From the NCBI RefSeq assembly GCF_006345805.1, contig NC_042997.1, positions 38,316,001 to 38,380,000 of the forward strand: a stretch of 64,000 nt of DNA, written 5' to 3'. Positions 1 to 11,888 of this stretch are shown one piece after another. The notes under the pieces were generated by a model that saw only the letters and a list, made by a program, of their open reading frames with translations, was not told where the DNA came from and ran no database searches. How positions within the stretch are numbered: position 1 is the stretch's first letter; each line of letters opens with the position of its first letter. This DNA comes from Octopus sinensis. Its lineage: Eukaryota. The position numbers and the translations under genes were made by a program.

Positions 1-295
1 TAAGTACCAGTTGCGTACTGGGGTCCATCTAATCGGCTGGTCCCCTTTCCGCAAAATTTCGGGCCTAGAGTAGAAAAGAATATTGACAAGGCGGAGTGCT
101 GGCAGAACTGTTAGCATTCCGGGGGAAATGCTTCGTGGCATTTCATCCGTCTTAGTTTTCTGAGTTCAAATTCCATCGAGGTGAACTTACCCTTTCATCC
201 TTTCAGGGATTGATAAAAATAAGTATCAGTTGAACACTGGTGCTGATGCAATCGACTTAGCCCTACCCAAAACATTATACCAAAATTTGAAACCA
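1..295 (+). mobile_element. Two adjacent degraded copies of tRNA-derived SINE family A (3' part at 1-80, fuller copy at ~89-295)
   Basis: A-box-like ctggcagaactgttag and B-box-like gagttcaaattcc, followed by the family body ctttcatcctttc...taagtaccagttg...ctgggg, which recurs >10 times in the window. Confidence 0.8.
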
Positions 296-1063
296 ATATC
301 TTATAATTGACTAAAACACTGAAATAATAACGAATATACTAACATACGTAAACATTAACAACAAAATTTAGAACAAACTATAGGTCCCATGAAATAACAA
401 CACTTTAACTATCACGCTAGTGATGTAGCGAAAGTGAAGTCTTACCTCTTCTGTTAACCGTTGGTCACCAAGCAAAGACCTTTTGTAATCTATGAAAAAA
501 TGTCCATTATTACTCTGGAACGAAAGTAACGTTGTACACACTAAGACACAATGATATATTACAATCTACAAATAAACAGCAAATCAACGGCATTACATTC
601 AACACTAATTAAAACTATAAATTCCTACATCTAACTAATAGATCAAACTAGATATTACTGTTAAGATTTTCAAAATTTCACTTTTAAGTTATTAACTAAT
701 ATCTTCGAAAGAAAAAAGAAACGTCATTAAATTAATTAAACGTTATTAAAAGAAACGTCTTAGAGGAATTCTAATTAGTACTCAGTGAAAGATGCATCAA
801 GAAAATCAAATTACCAGTGATACAAATCACTAACTATGTGAATATCTAAATAGTTAACGAGTTGCCATTTCTCTTCGATTCAAGATCTGGATACATCTTC
901 CGAAGAACTTATTCAAATAATCCCAGTTAGGAATTAAAATATTATCGTTACTTAATGCTTAATAAACTTAATTTCAATTGTACCGACATATTTAATTAAA
1001 GCATATGTGAATACAATCTTGAAATGTGATTGTGCAAATTGTCGAATTCAATAAACGAGTCGC

Positions 1064-2370
1064 TCAGAGGTTACACAAGGCACCATTACAACAATTGTGA
1101 TTGGCTTTGGGGTATATAATTAGGCCACAACATCCATGCGTGCCAGTGTTGTATACGTGTGGGTCACAACATGCTTTATCCGCTGTAGCGTAAATTTGAC
1201 CTGCACAGCATCCATGCGTGCCAGTGAAGTATACATGTAAGTTACAACATGCTTCCCCCAGTTTAATGTAAATTTGATCTGCACAGCATCCATGCGTGCC
1301 AGTGTCGTATAATTGTGAGTTACAACATGCTTTATCCACTTTAGTGTATATTTGACCTCCACAGCATCCATGCGTGCCAGTGGTGTATACGTTTCGGTCA
1401 CAACATGCTTTATCCGCTCTAGTGTAAATTTGACCTGCACAGCATCCATGCGTGACAGTGTCGTATAATTGTGAGTTACAACATGCTTTATCCGCTTTAG
1501 TGTAAATTTGACTTCCACAGCATCCATGCGTGCCAGTGTCGTATACTTGTGAGTTACAACATGCTTTATCCGCTTTAGTGTAAATTTGACCTCCACAGCA
1601 TCCATGCGTGCCAGCGTTGTATACGTTTGGGTCACAACATGCTTTATCCGCTCTAGTGTAAATTTGACCTGCACAGCATCCATGCGTGCCAGTGTCGTAT
1701 ACTTGTGAGTTACAACATCCTTTATCCGCATTAGTGTAAATTTGACCTGCACAGCATCCATGAGTCGTACGCGTGTATACATCATTTCCACAACAACCTT
1801 CAGCCAGAAAATTATATTTATTATTTACACAACACATTTCAACGAGCCGCTCGAATACTTGTTTTCCACAACATCCATGAGTCGCTTTGGTATATCCGTG
1901 TGTATCACAACATCCTTCAGTCAGAGTATCCACCGCGTTCGTTCCGCAACAGACAGTCGTTGCCGTAGGTTTCATCTGAATATTACCTTCGCAACATTTG
2001 TGTGTACTGGTACTCATCCCAATACCTCCACAACAAGAGTTTGCTGTTGACTTATCATAGACTTTTTCATTGCAACAAATTTGAGCAGCTGGATCGAAGG
2101 AATCTGTTCCGCAGCACATCGATGAAGTAGTACTTTTAAGAACAGGACCGTCTTTACAACAGAGATGTGTACCTGCCGAATAATGTTTTCCATTGCAGGT
2201 TAGCGGGGGAAGCCGATGCCTCGGCCACTCCCAAGGCAACATCGGATGTCGCGGCCACATCGGAGGATGCGGCCATATTGGAGAATGCGGCCACATTGGA
2301 GGATGCGGCCACATCGGAGATTGCGGCCACATTGGAGGCTGTGGCCAGTGCCAATGGAAAGACTGTTCCA
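1064..2370 (-). CDS. Main coding exon of a secreted galaxin-like cysteine-rich repeat protein
   Basis: Open frame with 28 CC doublets spaced ~13 aa apart (CCxxxxYxxxxxx), the galaxin-type pattern, and an N-terminal WPxxPM repeat. Polypyrimidine tract plus AG acceptor (minus strand acattttttttatttttcag|tggaacag) at 2371; TGA stop at 1064-1066. Confidence 0.85.
1120..1790 (-). repeat. Intragenic 78-bp (26-aa) coding tandem repeat, ~8.5 copies, with a 234-bp higher-order pattern
   Basis: Alternating 13-aa units CCxGQIYTxADKA / CCxxxVYxTGTHG; CCD(P/R)xVY recurs every third 26-aa unit. Confidence 0.9.
2241..2350 (-). repeat. Intragenic 18-bp repeat x6 encoding WP(Q/H/R)(P/S/H)P(M/I)
   Basis: Plus-strand units such as tggaggatgcggccacat. 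Confidence 0.9.
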
Positions 2371-2556
2371 CTGAAAAATAAAAAAAATGTATCAAAATGA
2401 ATACAGCATAATGTACAACATGTAATAACATATAACGATGTCAGACAATATATGCGCGTGTGAGTATGTGTGGGGGGTAGGTGTTAGATGGGTGTGTGGG
2501 TGGGTGCAAATCGAAACTTAGGTAAGAGAAACGATTTGCTGCAGCCACTGACATGT

Positions 2557-3070
2557 ACAGGTGTTTCCATCTAAATTTCAGCTTCCATAAAATTTTAATT
2601 ATTAAAAACAAACCAAAAAATATCAAGTAGATTATCGCTGGAAGATCTCAGTTTACTCAAAATAGTCGCCCTCTGCTTCCACCACGGTCTCAGGACGGCT
2701 CCGAAACCCAGCGCATGCGTTCTTCAAGGAGAGGATTTGCGAATACCTTCTTGGTCTTGACCACCAGCCAGATTTTGGTGTCGCGGGCTGGGCGGCTAGT
2801 TAGTGTCTTTCTCGAACGCGACACTACTTACAGTAATATATGGGATTCAGATCAGACGAATTAGAAGGCTAGAAATTGGAAATAGCCAAGACGTGATACT
2901 TCTCCGAAAATCTCTCCGTCAGTATGGCAATAAACCTCATCAACAAGAGTTCGACTACAGATTCCAGAGGCTTCATATAGCCGACTGAATTAAGCCAGAG
3001 GCCCGATTCAAAGATATGCGCACGCTGAACGCTTGCTATGTCCCTACCTCCTTGTCATGGTTCGTAATCT
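2557..3070 (-). mobile_element. Degraded Tc1/mariner transposase 3' fragment
   Basis: Minus-strand remnants SNSSDLNP (SPDLNP motif) and C-terminal ETVVEAEGDYFE*; TIR-like tacaggtgtttcc at the left end. Confidence 0.65.
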
Positions 3071-3438
3071 CCATTGCAGCGATCTATTTCACGTATTACA
3101 ACACTTACAGTTTTCATAGAGAGCTGAGCAGCAGATATGATATCGGCATTTTTTAATACTTGTCGCAAATCTTGAAAATAGAGGTAAAATGTTCCTCATA
3201 TTCAGATACCTACTAATCCTCCGTGTCGACTAACTTTTTCTCAGTTATAGCTTTAATACTTATGCTCTACAAAGTCGTTCTCCGTTCACCTGTACAGAGA
3301 CACAAATATCATCAGATTTAGCCGAAACCCCAAGTATACATGCATACATACATGCACACATAGAAACATATATATATATACATGTTGATTCACATGTTTT
3401 CTATCTGTCTCTCTGTTTCTCTCTCTTTCTCTCTGTGT

Positions 3439-3480
<42 letters not shown>

Positions 3481-3481
3481 T

Positions 3482-3895
3482 CTCTTTTACTCTTTTACTT
3501 GTTTCAGTCATTTGACTGCGGCCATGCTGGAGCACCGCCTTTAGTCGAGCAAATCGACCCCGGGACTTGTTCTTTGTAAGCCCAGTACTTATTCTATCGG
3601 TCTCTTTTGCCGAACCGCTAAGCGACGGGGACGTAAACACACCAGCATCGGTTGTCAAGCAATGCTAGGGGGACACACACAGACACACAAACACATACAC
3701 ACACACTTATATATATATATATACATATATACGACAGGCTTCTTTCAGTTTCCGTCTACCAAATCCACTCACAAGGCATTGGTCGGCCCGGGGCTATAGC
3801 AGAAGACACTTGCCCAAGATGCCACGCAGTGGGACTGAACCCGGAACCATGTGGTTGGTTAGCAAGCTTCTTACCACACAGCCACTCCTGCGCCT
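3482..3895 (-). mobile_element. SINE family B (tRNA-derived head, internal (TA)n/(CA)n)
   Basis: Reverse complement of ataggcgcaggagtggctgtgtggtaag...ggttcagtcccactg...gtaaaagagtaaaagag; several near-identical copies in the window. Confidence 0.9.
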
Positions 3896-3915
3896 ATATA
3901 TATATATATAATATA

Positions 3916-3968
<53 letters not shown>

Positions 3969-3996
3969 GTATAATATATATATATATTTATATATA

Positions 3997-4054
<58 letters not shown>

Positions 4055-4062
4055 AACTTTTT

Positions 4063-4492
4063 TTCAGAATAAGATAGAAATCCAAGGCTATGAAGATTTG
4101 AGAACATTTATAAGCAGAATGTCTTAAAACTGTTTCTAGGATATTTTTTATATCCCTTCATCGGAGATGGTGTGAGAAAATGGTTAAGCAATGGTTAATT
4201 TAGATAAGATATGAAAGAGCGAGTTAAGTGGAGGAATGAAAAAAGATGTGAGATATGCAGGGATCTAAATAATGGATCTACAGATGCAATATCCCTGCAT
4301 ATCTCACATCTATTTTCATTCCTCCACTTCACTCGCTCTTTCATATCTTATCTAATTTAACTATTGCTTAACCATTTTCTCACACCGTCTCCCATGAAGG
4401 GATATAAAAAATATCCCGGAAACAGCTGTAACACCTTCTATTTATAAATGTTCTAAAATCTTCACATACTTAGACATTTATCTCATTCTGAA
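4063..4492. mobile_element. Fold-back (MITE-like) element with ~200-bp imperfect arms
   Basis: 4063-4265 is the reverse complement of ~4290-4492 (e.g. gatgtgagatatgcagggat / atccctgcatatctcacatc) around a ~26-nt spacer. Confidence 0.75.
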
Positions 4493-4655
4493 ACATAATT
4501 TTTCAGATATACACATGCTGATATAAGACCTACGTTGAACTCCTTATTCGCATAATCACCGAACCTGGAGCTTAACTATCATCTGTCCATAGCACTTACT
4601 CACAATTACCTAACACCTTTGGGTCTTATTGATACCGACACCATTACCTCTCATA

Positions 4656-4750
<95 letters not shown>

Positions 4751-4759
4751 GTATGCATG

Positions 4760-4830
<71 letters not shown>

Positions 4831-4844
4831 TGTATGTATGTATG

Positions 4845-4891
<47 letters not shown>

Positions 4892-4895
<4 letters not shown>

Positions 4896-5057
4896 GCGCA
4901 GGAGTGGCTGTGTGGTAAGTATCTTGCTAACCAACCACATGGTTCTGGGTTCAGTCCCACTGCATGGCATCTTGGGCAAGTGTCTTCTGCTATAGCCCCG
5001 AGCTGACCAATGCCTTGTGAATGGATTTGGTAGGCGGAAACTGAAAGAAGCCTGTCG

Positions 5058-5090
<33 letters not shown>

Positions 5091-5310
5091 ATGTGTTTGT
5101 GTGTCTGTGTTTGTCTCCCTAGCATTGCTTGACAACCGATGCTGGTGTGTTTACGTCCCCGTCATCTAGCGGTTCGGCAAAAGTGACCGATAGAATAAGT
5201 ACTGGGCTTACAAAGAATAAGTCCCGGGGTCGATTTGCTCGACTAAAGGCGGTGCTCCAGCATGGCCGCAGTCAAATGACTGAAACAAGTAAAAGAGTAA
5301 AATAAAAGAG
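4892..5310 (+). mobile_element. SINE family B, full length
   Basis: Same head, body and 3' (gtaaaaga)n tail as the other copies. Confidence 0.9.
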
Positions 5311-5817
5311 TATATATATATAAAGATAGACAAGGAGTGCGAGAGAGAGAGAATGAGAGAATCACACACACACACGTATATATCAATATTTAAGGGGTCA
5401 GCAACAAGTTGCTTCACCACATGCCTAAAATTTTAGAAACAGTAACCAAAAGACCCCTATTTCTATTTCCTACAAAATATGCTTCCACAGGTAACAATAT
5501 TTGTAACTCACATAGGTAAAAAGAAGAAAAATAATGAAAGCAAATAGTCTTCGATTAATTATGGACGCGTTTCTGAATTAGAACTATTTACAGACATTCC
5601 AACTGATACAGAGAAATTCCTGCTTACAACTGCTTCCATACTCAATTAATTCAATTACAGAAATAACATTCAAATTCCCAAATTCGACACTAATCAATTT
5701 GGTATTTCCTCAGGGAGAATTTCAAAAGGAATTTACATTTCAACGTGTAGGCTTACTTACGACAAACTCACACGTGTGTGTTTTTTTCCTTGAAAGCGTT
5801 CGTTAGAAAAACGTTAT

Positions 5818-5876
<59 letters not shown>

Positions 5877-5901
5877 GTATGTGTATATGTGTATATATAT
5901 A

Positions 5902-5947
<46 letters not shown>

Positions 5948-6138
5948 ATATATATATATATATATATATTAATTGTTAGCGCCATATTAATATGGCAGTC
6001 TTATAGATATAAGACTAAGAGTTGTCGCTGATTAGCTCCATGAGGCCATCGCCTTAAGATAGCTATTTGACACACAAACTGTGTCCATTATAACCTTCGA
6101 ACAAGGGAGGTCAGCCGCTTCACACTGCCAGTCAGGCA

Positions 6139-6181
6139 GCTACAGACGCGTTTCAGGGTGTTTGCCCTTTGTCAATGTAGC
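6139..6181 (-). ncRNA. Type I hammerhead ribozyme motif (unit 1)
   Basis: Minus strand GCUACA UUGACAA AGGG CAAACA CCCU GAA ACGCGU C UGUAGC: helix I 6 bp, helix II 4 bp, palindromic helix III, GUC triplet, U3-A8 core. Confidence 0.8.
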
Positions 6182-6503
6182 GTAGTCAGACCCAGCAGGT
6201 GTCGCCACTGATCGGCTCTGTTCAAAGGTTTTATTTACCTAGTTTCGGTGGAATACATCCACTTGTTTTCAATAATAGAAATATTAAAATTACTAAGTCT
6301 CTCTAAAAGAGATTACGGCAGCGTTACTGGAAATTAATTGTTAGCGCCATATTAATATGGCAGTCTTATAGATATAAGACTAAGAGTTGTCGCTGATTAG
6401 CTCCATGAGGCCATCGCCTTAAGATAGCTATTTGACACACAAACTGTGTCCATTATAACCTTCGAACAAGGGAGGTCAGCCGCTTCACACTGCCAGTCAG
6501 GCA

Positions 6504-6546
6504 GCTACAGACGCGTTTCAGGGTGTTTGCCCTTTGTCAATGTAGC
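6504..6546 (-). ncRNA. Type I hammerhead ribozyme motif (unit 2)
   Basis: Identical to unit 1, offset +365. Confidence 0.8.
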
Positions 6547-6868
6547 GTAGTCAGACCCAGCAGGTGTCGCCACTGATCGGCTCTGTTCAAAGGTTTTATT
6601 TACCTAGTTTCGGTGGAATACATCCACTTGTTTTCAATAATAGAAATATTAAAATTACTAAGTCTCTCTAAAAGAGATTACGGCAGCGTTACTGGAAATT
6701 AATTGTTATCGCCATATTAATATGGCAGTCTTATAGATATAAGACTAAAAGCTGTCGCTGATTAGCTCCATGAGGCCATCGCCTTAAGATAGCTATTTGA
6801 CATACAAACTGTGTCCATTATAACCTTCGAACAAGGGAGTTCAGCCGCTTCACACTGCCAGTCAGGCA

Positions 6869-6911
6869 GCTACAGACGCGTTTCAGGGTGTTTGCCCTTT
6901 GTCAATGTAGC
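6869..6911 (-). ncRNA. Type I hammerhead ribozyme motif (unit 3)
   Basis: Identical to unit 1, offset +730. Confidence 0.8.
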
Positions 6912-7346
6912 GTAGTCAGACCCAGCAGGTGTCGCCACTGATCGGCTCTGTTCAAAGGTTTTATTTACCTAGTTTCGGTGGAATACATCCACTTGTTTTC
7001 AATAATAGAAATATTAAAATTACTAAGTCTCTCTAAAAGAGATTACGGCAGCGTTACTGGAAATTAATTGTTATCGCCATATTAATATGGCAGTCTTATA
7101 GATATAAGACTAAAAGCTGTCGCTGATTAGCTCCATGAGGCCATCGCCTTAAGATAGCTATTTGACATACAAACTGTGTCCATTATAACCTTCGAACAAG
7201 GGAGTTCAGCCGCTTCACACTGCCAGTCAGACTTAGTAATTTTAATATTTCTATCATTGAAAACAAGTAGATGTATTCCACCGAAACTAAGTAAATAAAA
7301 CCTTCGAACAGAGACGATCAGTGGCGACACCTGCTGGGTCGACTAC

Positions 7347-7389
7347 GCTACATTGACAAAGGGCAAATACCCTGAAACGCGTCTGTAGC
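7347..7389 (+). ncRNA. Type I hammerhead ribozyme motif (inverted unit)
   Basis: gctaca ttgacaa aggg caaata ccct gaa acgcgt c tgtagc; the only change is in loop II; predicted cleavage after C7383. Confidence 0.8.
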
Positions 7390-8221
7390 TGTCTGACTGG
7401 CAGTGTGAAGCGGCTGACCTCCCTTGTTCGAAGGTTATAATGGACACAGTTTGTGTGTCAAATAGCTATCTTAAGGCGATGGCCTCATGGAGCTAATCAG
7501 CGACAGCTCTTAGTCTTATATCTATAAGACTGCCATATTAATATGGCGATAACAATTAATTTCCAGTAACGCTGCCGTAATCTCTTTTAGAGAGACTTAG
7601 TAATTTTAATATTTCTATTATATATATATATTAATAAATAAAATAAACATATGCATATGTATAAACATATATGTACGTACCTACCTCTACATGTACATAT
7701 ACACGCATATATGAGTACAGGACACCAAAAAGTCGTCGAACACAATGAGAAACGAAAACTTAGACACAAACCAAAGGAACTGGACATTTTTTAAACAACA
7801 AAAAATAGAGTACAGGACAATTAACACAAAGAAAAAACCCCTTCTTCAGTCGCTATGGTTTCATCTACTCTACGTTTCGAAGGTGAAAGCGAAACGTATC
7901 TTCGACAAGAAACTTTCCTTCCTGTGAAAAGCAAATCAATTAAAATTTTGAGATCTTTTCTCAAGGGGTAAAAAATGGTAACAAAAACAAGACAGTAACG
8001 ACAGTACAAATTATAAACAGTAAAAGACAGGACAAGGAAAAACAAGATAAGGAGGGCTGTTAACGCCGAACGAAAAAAAGTATTGTGAACGCGGATTTTT
8101 TAATGAACAACGAGCGGAGCAAAAAGAATTGTCGTCCATACCTTGAGAGGGCCAGGCCAGAAAGACAGCAGCGGAAGTCTCGTCGCGATATATATTGTTG
8201 TATTTAAGGATGTTGTATTAA

Positions 8222-8280
8222 GGACCACTGATGAGGTCAGGGAAGTGTGGCGAAAGAACTTTGGCCGAAATAAGATTAAG
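8222..8280 (+). ncRNA. Degenerate hammerhead-like motif, probably a PLE relic
   Basis: ctgatga (8228-8234), ggtca...tggcc stem, gaaa (8267-8270); helix I/III pairing is poor. Confidence 0.35.
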
Positions 8281-9084
8281 TTTAATGTAAAATATAAAGC
8301 TGAAGCAAATTCACACCAAATATGTAGAGCGTGTGTTTTTATTGGCTAAACTGTCAATATGAACATCCCTAGATACAACAATATCTGTTCCAACACACGA
8401 TTTCACATCAAGAATCTTGCAAAACAAATGTATATATATATATATATATATATACATATATACATACATACCAAGCATGGGGTTTAGTTCACAGGTGATC
8501 TAAACGATTAGGTACGCTAGGTAAGTGATGTAACGGATTACTAGGGCTCCAAGGTTATAGCCGATGCAGCGGTTATATAATTGTCAAAGAGGGCAACAAA
8601 TGTGAAGGCATGGCAAATATCACAAGACATATACATTATTATTATTGGAAAATATTCAAAAGCTTACATCTGTTTCATGGATATCCTCGAGTATGGGATA
8701 TTCCGTCATCAGAGACAAATAGGGAAAATGAGAAGGGTCAATATAAACGATGACATTGATAAAGGGAATGCCCGATTAAAGATTTTAACCTACATGTATC
8801 TAAGCAGGACTTATGCATTTGTGTCTACAACATTGGAAAGTTGAACTACATAAATGTATGCATCTTTTTGTTCTTTCTCTTCACCATTAATAGATACCCT
8901 TTTCATTTTTCTATTTTACCTATTTGTCTCCGATGATGGAATATCCCATACCCGCGGACGACTCAGAAACAGCTGTAAGATATTGAATTTTCCAATACTA
9001 ATAATGTGTATGACTTGTCTTAACGTTTGTTGTCCTCTTCAACAATTATACACACACACCCACACATACACACACACATTTATA

Positions 9085-9252
9085 TATATAAGAAGGGCTT
9101 CTTTTAGTTTCCGTCTACCAAATCCACTGACAAGGCTTTGGTCAGCCCGAGGGTATAATAGAAGACGTTTGCCCAAGTTGCCACGCGGCGGGACTGAGCC
9201 GGGAACCATATGCCTACGAAGCAAGCTTCTTAATACATAGGTACGCCTTGGC
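9085..9252 (-). mobile_element. SINE family B, 5' half
   Basis: ttccgtctaccaaatccact...cttgcccaag...gggactga matches the family B head/body. Confidence 0.75.
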
Positions 9253-9366
9253 CTATGTATATATGTTTGTATATATGTATATATACATACACACATACAT
9301 ACATACATACGTACATACATACATACATACATACATGCATGCATGCATGCATGCATACATACATAC

Positions 9367-9432
<66 letters not shown>

Positions 9433-10489
9433 TATATATATATTATATATATATATATATATGGGGATTAGAGCTTAAGTTCTGTTGGCCTCTCCTGGTA
9501 GTTCATCTGTTTCTCCAACTCACTTCTGCTTGAATACCGATGTTGGTGTGTTTACGTCCCCGTAACTTAGCGGTTCGGCAATGGAGACCGATAGAATAAG
9601 TATTAATAAGTATACATATGTCCGTAAAGAATAAATAAATTTTTGGTGGTTATAAATTTAGGTGGAAAGCCTACAAGTACTTTTGAAGTGAGTGGTCAAG
9701 TACTTAGTACTGACCCAGTACTTTACTGAGACATATTTTAGCGACAGCGGAGGGATTAAAATCAAAGTTGACCTCATCGAGATTTAAAAAAGAACGTAAA
9801 ATGACGGAGCAAATGCAGCGAAACAGTTTACCTACGTTCTAACGAGTGTGATAGCAATCAAGATTTGTATCATTTAAAAGAATGTAAGCTTTTGTGAGGC
9901 AGAAAGTCTGAGACTGGCAGAAATAAATTCAATTTTAAATGGGGCTTAGCAAGCTTTGTATATTAATAAATCAGTCTTCTATGATACAGATGAGTAATTT
10001 TTAAAATAGTTTGAAAACCGTCTATAACAAAAAAAATTAGGTTGTTAGATAGTCGCTTGTTAGAAATAAAAAAGCACTAGAAAGTAAAATATTAATGTTA
10101 TGAGTGGCAAGATAGTAGAATCATTTAGAGAGCAATAACGGATCCCAAAACTACTCTATTAGCAATACATTTATAGAGCACATTCTTAATTTAGACCTAG
10201 TCATCAGTCTTGAAACAATTACTATAATCATTTAAATCAAACTAATTTTTAATATTGCAATAGTTATTTTTTCTTTTAACTTTCGAAGAGCATCTTAAAA
10301 TATGTCTGAAGAAATATATGCTCTTCAGATAACACTGTTGGTGAAATACTACAAATCTTTCATCAGAGAAGTCACCAAGAACATAATTGGTACTTCACCG
10401 ATATTCATAATATCAACTACAGAATATTTGAAGGCACAGTGGACGTAACGAAATATCATATGATATATTATTGAAATTATTAGCTATAG

Positions 10490-10915
10490 TAATTCTGCCA
10501 AAATACCGGGGGTCATTTGCATCGACCCCCGGTGTTCACCAGGTACTTATTTTTATTGACCCCGAAATGATGAAATGTAAAGTCGACCTCCGCGGAATAT
10601 GAACGCAGAACGTAAGGACGGACGAAGTGCCGCGAAGCATTTTACTCGGCGTGCTAAAGATACTATCGGGTCACCGCGTTGATTCTGCCCGAATATTGGT
10701 TTCAAATTTTGGCGCAAGGCTGGCAATTTCGATAGAAGTGGGTAAGTCGACTACATGGATGCCTTGGGTTTCTGGTACCTATTTTGTCGAATTTGAAAGG
10801 AAGAATGGCAAAGTCGAACTCAGAAGAATTTGAACTCAGAACGCAAGGGTAGACGAAATACTGCTAAGCATTTTGCCCGGCGTGCTAACGATTCTAACAG
10901 CTCACTGCCTTATTC
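10490..10915 (-). mobile_element. Cluster of degraded SINE family A copies
   Basis: Repeated ggtactt...tttattgaccccgaa...gatgaaa...aaagtcgacc and gaactcagaacg segments. Confidence 0.7.
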
Positions 10916-11221
10916 TGCCCAAATATTGATTACTAACTTAGTTCATGGTAACACCTATTGGCTGGAGAGTAAAGATTAAATCTAATTCTGTACTTGATTC
11001 GTACTTTTTATTGATAAGAAAGAGATAAAAGGCAAATTTGATCCCTGCAATATTTGAACCCAACCCGAAACAGATTGTACATCTAGGATTGTTACCTGGC
11101 GCTAACATAGAAGCAGTGTTACGATTGGAAAGAGCATAATACATGACTGGACTGTATGCTATAGACATTGTGAAGGGACAAAGGAAATGTAGAATACAGA
11201 TGTTATTCTTTTATTACTTAC

Positions 11222-11266
11222 CTTGTGCTAAAAGCAGAAAGCCTGGATAATTAGAGCTTTCAGCAT
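11222..11266 (-). CDS. Candidate first (signal-peptide) exon of the galaxin-like gene, with a 1-bp deletion as assembled
   Basis: caacATG CTG AAA GCT CTA ATT ATC CAG GCT TTC (c)TG CTT TTA GCA CAA G|gtaagt. Restoring one base gives MLKALIIQAFLLLAQ with a phase-1 donor that matches the phase-1 acceptor at 2370 (G+TG = Val of VEQSF). Confidence 0.6.
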
Positions 11267-11297
11267 GTTGATACTGTTCCAGATAATTCAGAAGAAA

Positions 11298-11333
11298 AAC
11301 TGGTCGCGGGTAAAATTTAAGACGATATTTATA
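11298..11333 (-). promoter_or_regulatory. TATA box and initiator for the candidate first exon
   Basis: Minus-strand TATAAATA (11333-11326) lies 32 nt upstream of the A in the CCAGTT initiator-like motif (11301). Confidence 0.55.
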
Positions 11334-11754
11334 CAATTGTTAAAAAATTGAAAGAATTGTGTAATAATGTTACATTTAAAACCAGTGACATATATTGTTG
11401 ACACCTTTGATATTCAATTTTTTTCCCTAGCATTTTCTAAAGCGTGATGGGAATTTCTCATATTAAAATTTAAATTAATTAAACGTAGGAAACAGGTGTT
11501 AATACTGTCTGATATCCAACCTCATAAATTCAAATATAAATAGGTTTCTTATATTGTTTTAACACTTGAAACTTTCGGCTATTTATAGCAACTTGGGAAA
11601 ACAGGAAGAATATCACGTTTCTGAACACCTGACAGCAATAGAAAAATCAGTGATCGAATATTGCAAACAAACAAAAGGAAGAATAAGAAATGGGGAAAAT
11701 GTATTGCGTTCTAAGACGTAATTAATTATAGGTAAAAATGTTGTTTAATAATCA

Positions 11755-11813
11755 ATAATAATAATAATAATAATAACAATAATAATAATAATAAAATAAT
11801 AATAATAATAATA

Positions 11814-11886
<73 letters not shown>

Positions 11887-11888
11887 TA

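Larger units (their letters stand above)
5969..7620. repeat. 365-bp tandem array (3 full units + 1 partial) followed by an inverted unit; retrozyme/PLE pLTR-like; flanked by (TA)n
   Basis: Unit starts at 5969, 6334, 6699 and 7064; orientation switches at 7230/7231; inverted copy 7231-7620. Confidence 0.95.

Noticed and set aside
1120-1791. 223-aa alternative-frame ORF overlapping the galaxin repeats (also the antisense ORFs at 1742-2400)
   Set aside because: A by-product of a stop-free repeat unit being multiplied; no independent signal
2371-2431. ORF-track start MLLHVVHYAVFILIHFFYFS as the signal peptide
   Set aside because: It overlaps a textbook polypyrimidine tract and AG acceptor, and a better promoter-linked exon exists at 11222-11266. 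Not fully excluded
7861-7915. tacgtttcg...cgaaacgta palindrome as another hammerhead
   Set aside because: Core and helix II cannot be fitted consistently; at most a rearranged PLE relic
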